Part shown: positions 34,519 to 35,769 of the stretch, in pieces
How positions within the stretch are numbered: position 1 is the stretch's first letter
How the letters are laid out: every line of letters begins with the position of its first letter
IMG/VR virus record: IMGVR_UViG_3300030095_000366
Span: 1 to 35,769 of that record
Direction: 5' to 3' (one strand)
DNA length: 35,769 nt
Source: a virus
Taxonomy: Duplodnaviria > Caudoviricetes
The notes under the pieces: generated by a model
The model's database searches: none
What the model was told of the DNA's origin: nothing
What the model saw: the letters and a program-made list of their open reading frames with translations, nothing else
Made by a program: the position numbers and the translations under genes

Positions 34519-35706
34519 TTAAAGTCCTCCGTGGGAATTGCATGTTCCAGTAGTAACATAGTTTGCAGCTAACAAATCCCCAAAATCTGTTGTGTTACCT
34601 GTTGTTGCAATAGTTACATACTCAATTATATTAGTCCGTCCATCCTGATTACCCCCACCTACAACACCTCGTACAGAATTTGAAAGTGCTGCAGTATAAT
34701 ACCTATTTCCACTTAAATCTCCAAAATCAGTAGTATTACCTGTAGAAGCTATCGTTATATACTGTATTTTATTAGTTAAACTACTTTCATCCCCTCCAAA
34801 AAAAAGACCTCTTGTACTAGAGGATGCACCAGATGGCCCACGATTAGCAGCAGCAAGATTACCAAAGTCTGTAGCATTACCTGTAGAAGCTATGGTTACA
34901 TAATCTATGGTATCATACCTTGTAGAACCAGAAAAGCCTCCTCCAACAACACCTCTTGTAGTAGAGCTACAACCAGCTAGATGTTGTCTTGCTACAGTTA
35001 AATCACCAAAATCCGTAGAGTTACCTGTAGAAGCTATAGTAATATAAGCTATTGTATTTTGAGAACCAGAAGAGTTACCCCCTGAAAAAATACCTCTTGT
35101 ATTACTACCGTGACCACAATGTGCATATACAGAACCATACATGTCACCAAAGTCAGTAGCATTACCTGTAGTGGCTGTAGTAACATAATCCATTACAGTG
35201 CTATCAACACCATCTCCACCATCACCTGATCCTCTAACTGCTCTTGTAGAAGAAGAAACTGCTGCAGAATCAGTAATTACTGTTGTTAAATCACCAAAGT
35301 CTTGAGCATTACCTGTAGTAGCTACTGAAATATATTGAATAACATTTATTCTTGATCCACTTACTTCTCCACCCATAAATAAACCCCTAGATGCAGCAGG
35401 AGTAATACTACTAGTTGGGTCACTAGGAGATGAAGAACCATAAATACTTTGTGCTATTACACTAAACGTAACAGCAGTGCCTAAAGTAAGACTACTAATA
35501 CTAATAGGAGAAGAACTACCTGTAGCACCTACACCATTACTAGCTGTAGCAACAAAACCTGTAATAGCAGATGTGCCTGTATCTGTAGGAGCAGTAAAAC
35601 TAATACTAGCTACACCATCAGCACCACCACTAACAGTAACACCTGTGGGTGGATCAGGTGCATCTAATCCATCAGTACCAATAAAGCCACCATTACGTCT
35701 TACCAT
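34519..35706 (-). CDS. FN3-like domain + six-repeat Kelch-like beta-propeller virion protein
   Basis: APDPPTGV..SFTAP..ITGF FN3 pattern followed by six TGNxxDFG(D/N) repeats; paralog of downstream gene. Confidence 0.78.
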   Translation of the reverse strand: MVRRNGGFIGTDGLDAPDPPTGVTVSGGADGVASISFTAPTDTGTSAITGFVATASNGVGATGSSSPISISSLTLGTAVTFSVIAQSIYGSSSPSDPTSSITPAASRGLFMGGEVSGSRINVIQYISVATTGNAQDFGDLTTVITDSAAVSSSTRAVRGSGDGGDGVDSTVMDYVTTATTGNATDFGDMYGSVYAHCGHGSNTRGIFSGGNSSGSQNTIAYITIASTGNSTDFGDLTVARQHLAGCSSTTRGVVGGGFSGSTRYDTIDYVTIASTGNATDFGNLAAANRGPSGASSSTRGLFFGGDESSLTNKIQYITIASTGNTTDFGDLSGNRYYTAALSNSVRGVVGGGNQDGRTNIIEYVTIATTGNTTDFGDLLAANYVTTGTCNSHGGL

Positions 35707-35708
35707 TG

Positions 35709-35769
35709 TTATGCATCATCCATAAGTTCAAAGCTACACAAGTAAGTTAAGTCACTATTTGCAGAAGCT
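35709..35769 (-). CDS. 3' end of a gene running off the window (..ASANSDLTYLCSFELMDDA)
   Basis: Open frame from window end to TAA 35711-35709, 2 nt before next ATG. Confidence 0.6.
   Translation of the reverse strand, partial: ASANSDLTYLCSFELMDDA

Larger units (their letters stand above)
1..35769. mobile_element. Partial genome of an HMO-2011-type marine podovirus
   Basis: Gene order integrase-primase-helicase-PolA with DnaJ-like insert-SSB-exonuclease-endonuclease-DUF3310-class II RNR, converging on a virion module; dense overlapping genes; no host housekeeping genes. Confidence 0.85.

Noticed and set aside
31539-35706. Diversity-generating retroelement acting on tail genes
   Set aside because: No reverse transcriptase and no TR/VR pair differing only at adenines seen
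328-35725. Many antisense or alternate-frame ORFs in the track (e.g. 828-1040, 14538-14828, 18223-18666, 27049-27435)
   Set aside because: Shadow ORFs within well-supported genes; no RBS or recognisable motifs
1-35769. tRNA genes, CRISPR array, CtrA boxes, phage RNA polymerase
   Set aside because: No cloverleaf, repeat-spacer array, full TTAA-N7-TTAA in the intergenic gaps examined, or RNAP motifs found by eye

Overview
A 35.8 kb section of a dsDNA tailed-phage genome (roughly 40% GC by eye), most consistent with an HMO-2011-type marine podovirus, probably infecting an alphaproteobacterium (Roseobacter-like). It has two convergent arms. The + arm (1-16171) holds small early genes separated by stem-loops, a tyrosine recombinase, three nucleases, primase, DnaB-like helicase, family A DNA polymerase with the diagnostic DnaJ-like CxxCxGxG insertion, SSB, exonuclease, T7 endo I-like resolvase, DUF3310 and a class II (B12) ribonucleotide reductase. 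The - arm (16174-35769) holds tail/adhesin genes, large internal virion proteins, a lysozyme-fold protein, a peptidoglycan-binding protein and a holin-like gene. No capsid, portal, terminase, RNA polymerase, tRNA or CRISPR was recognised. Most notable: (1) CCWGG appears completely absent, with Pro-Gly recoded as CCS-GG, in a window that also has an orphan restriction-like nuclease; (2) an ArfA-like 48-aa ORF missing from the ORF track; (3) three RNase III-like intergenic hairpins in the early region; (4) a long hairpin with alternative pairing at the convergence point; (5) shared short peptide motifs among virion proteins. All family calls are from motif recognition by eye and counts are manual; no searches were run.
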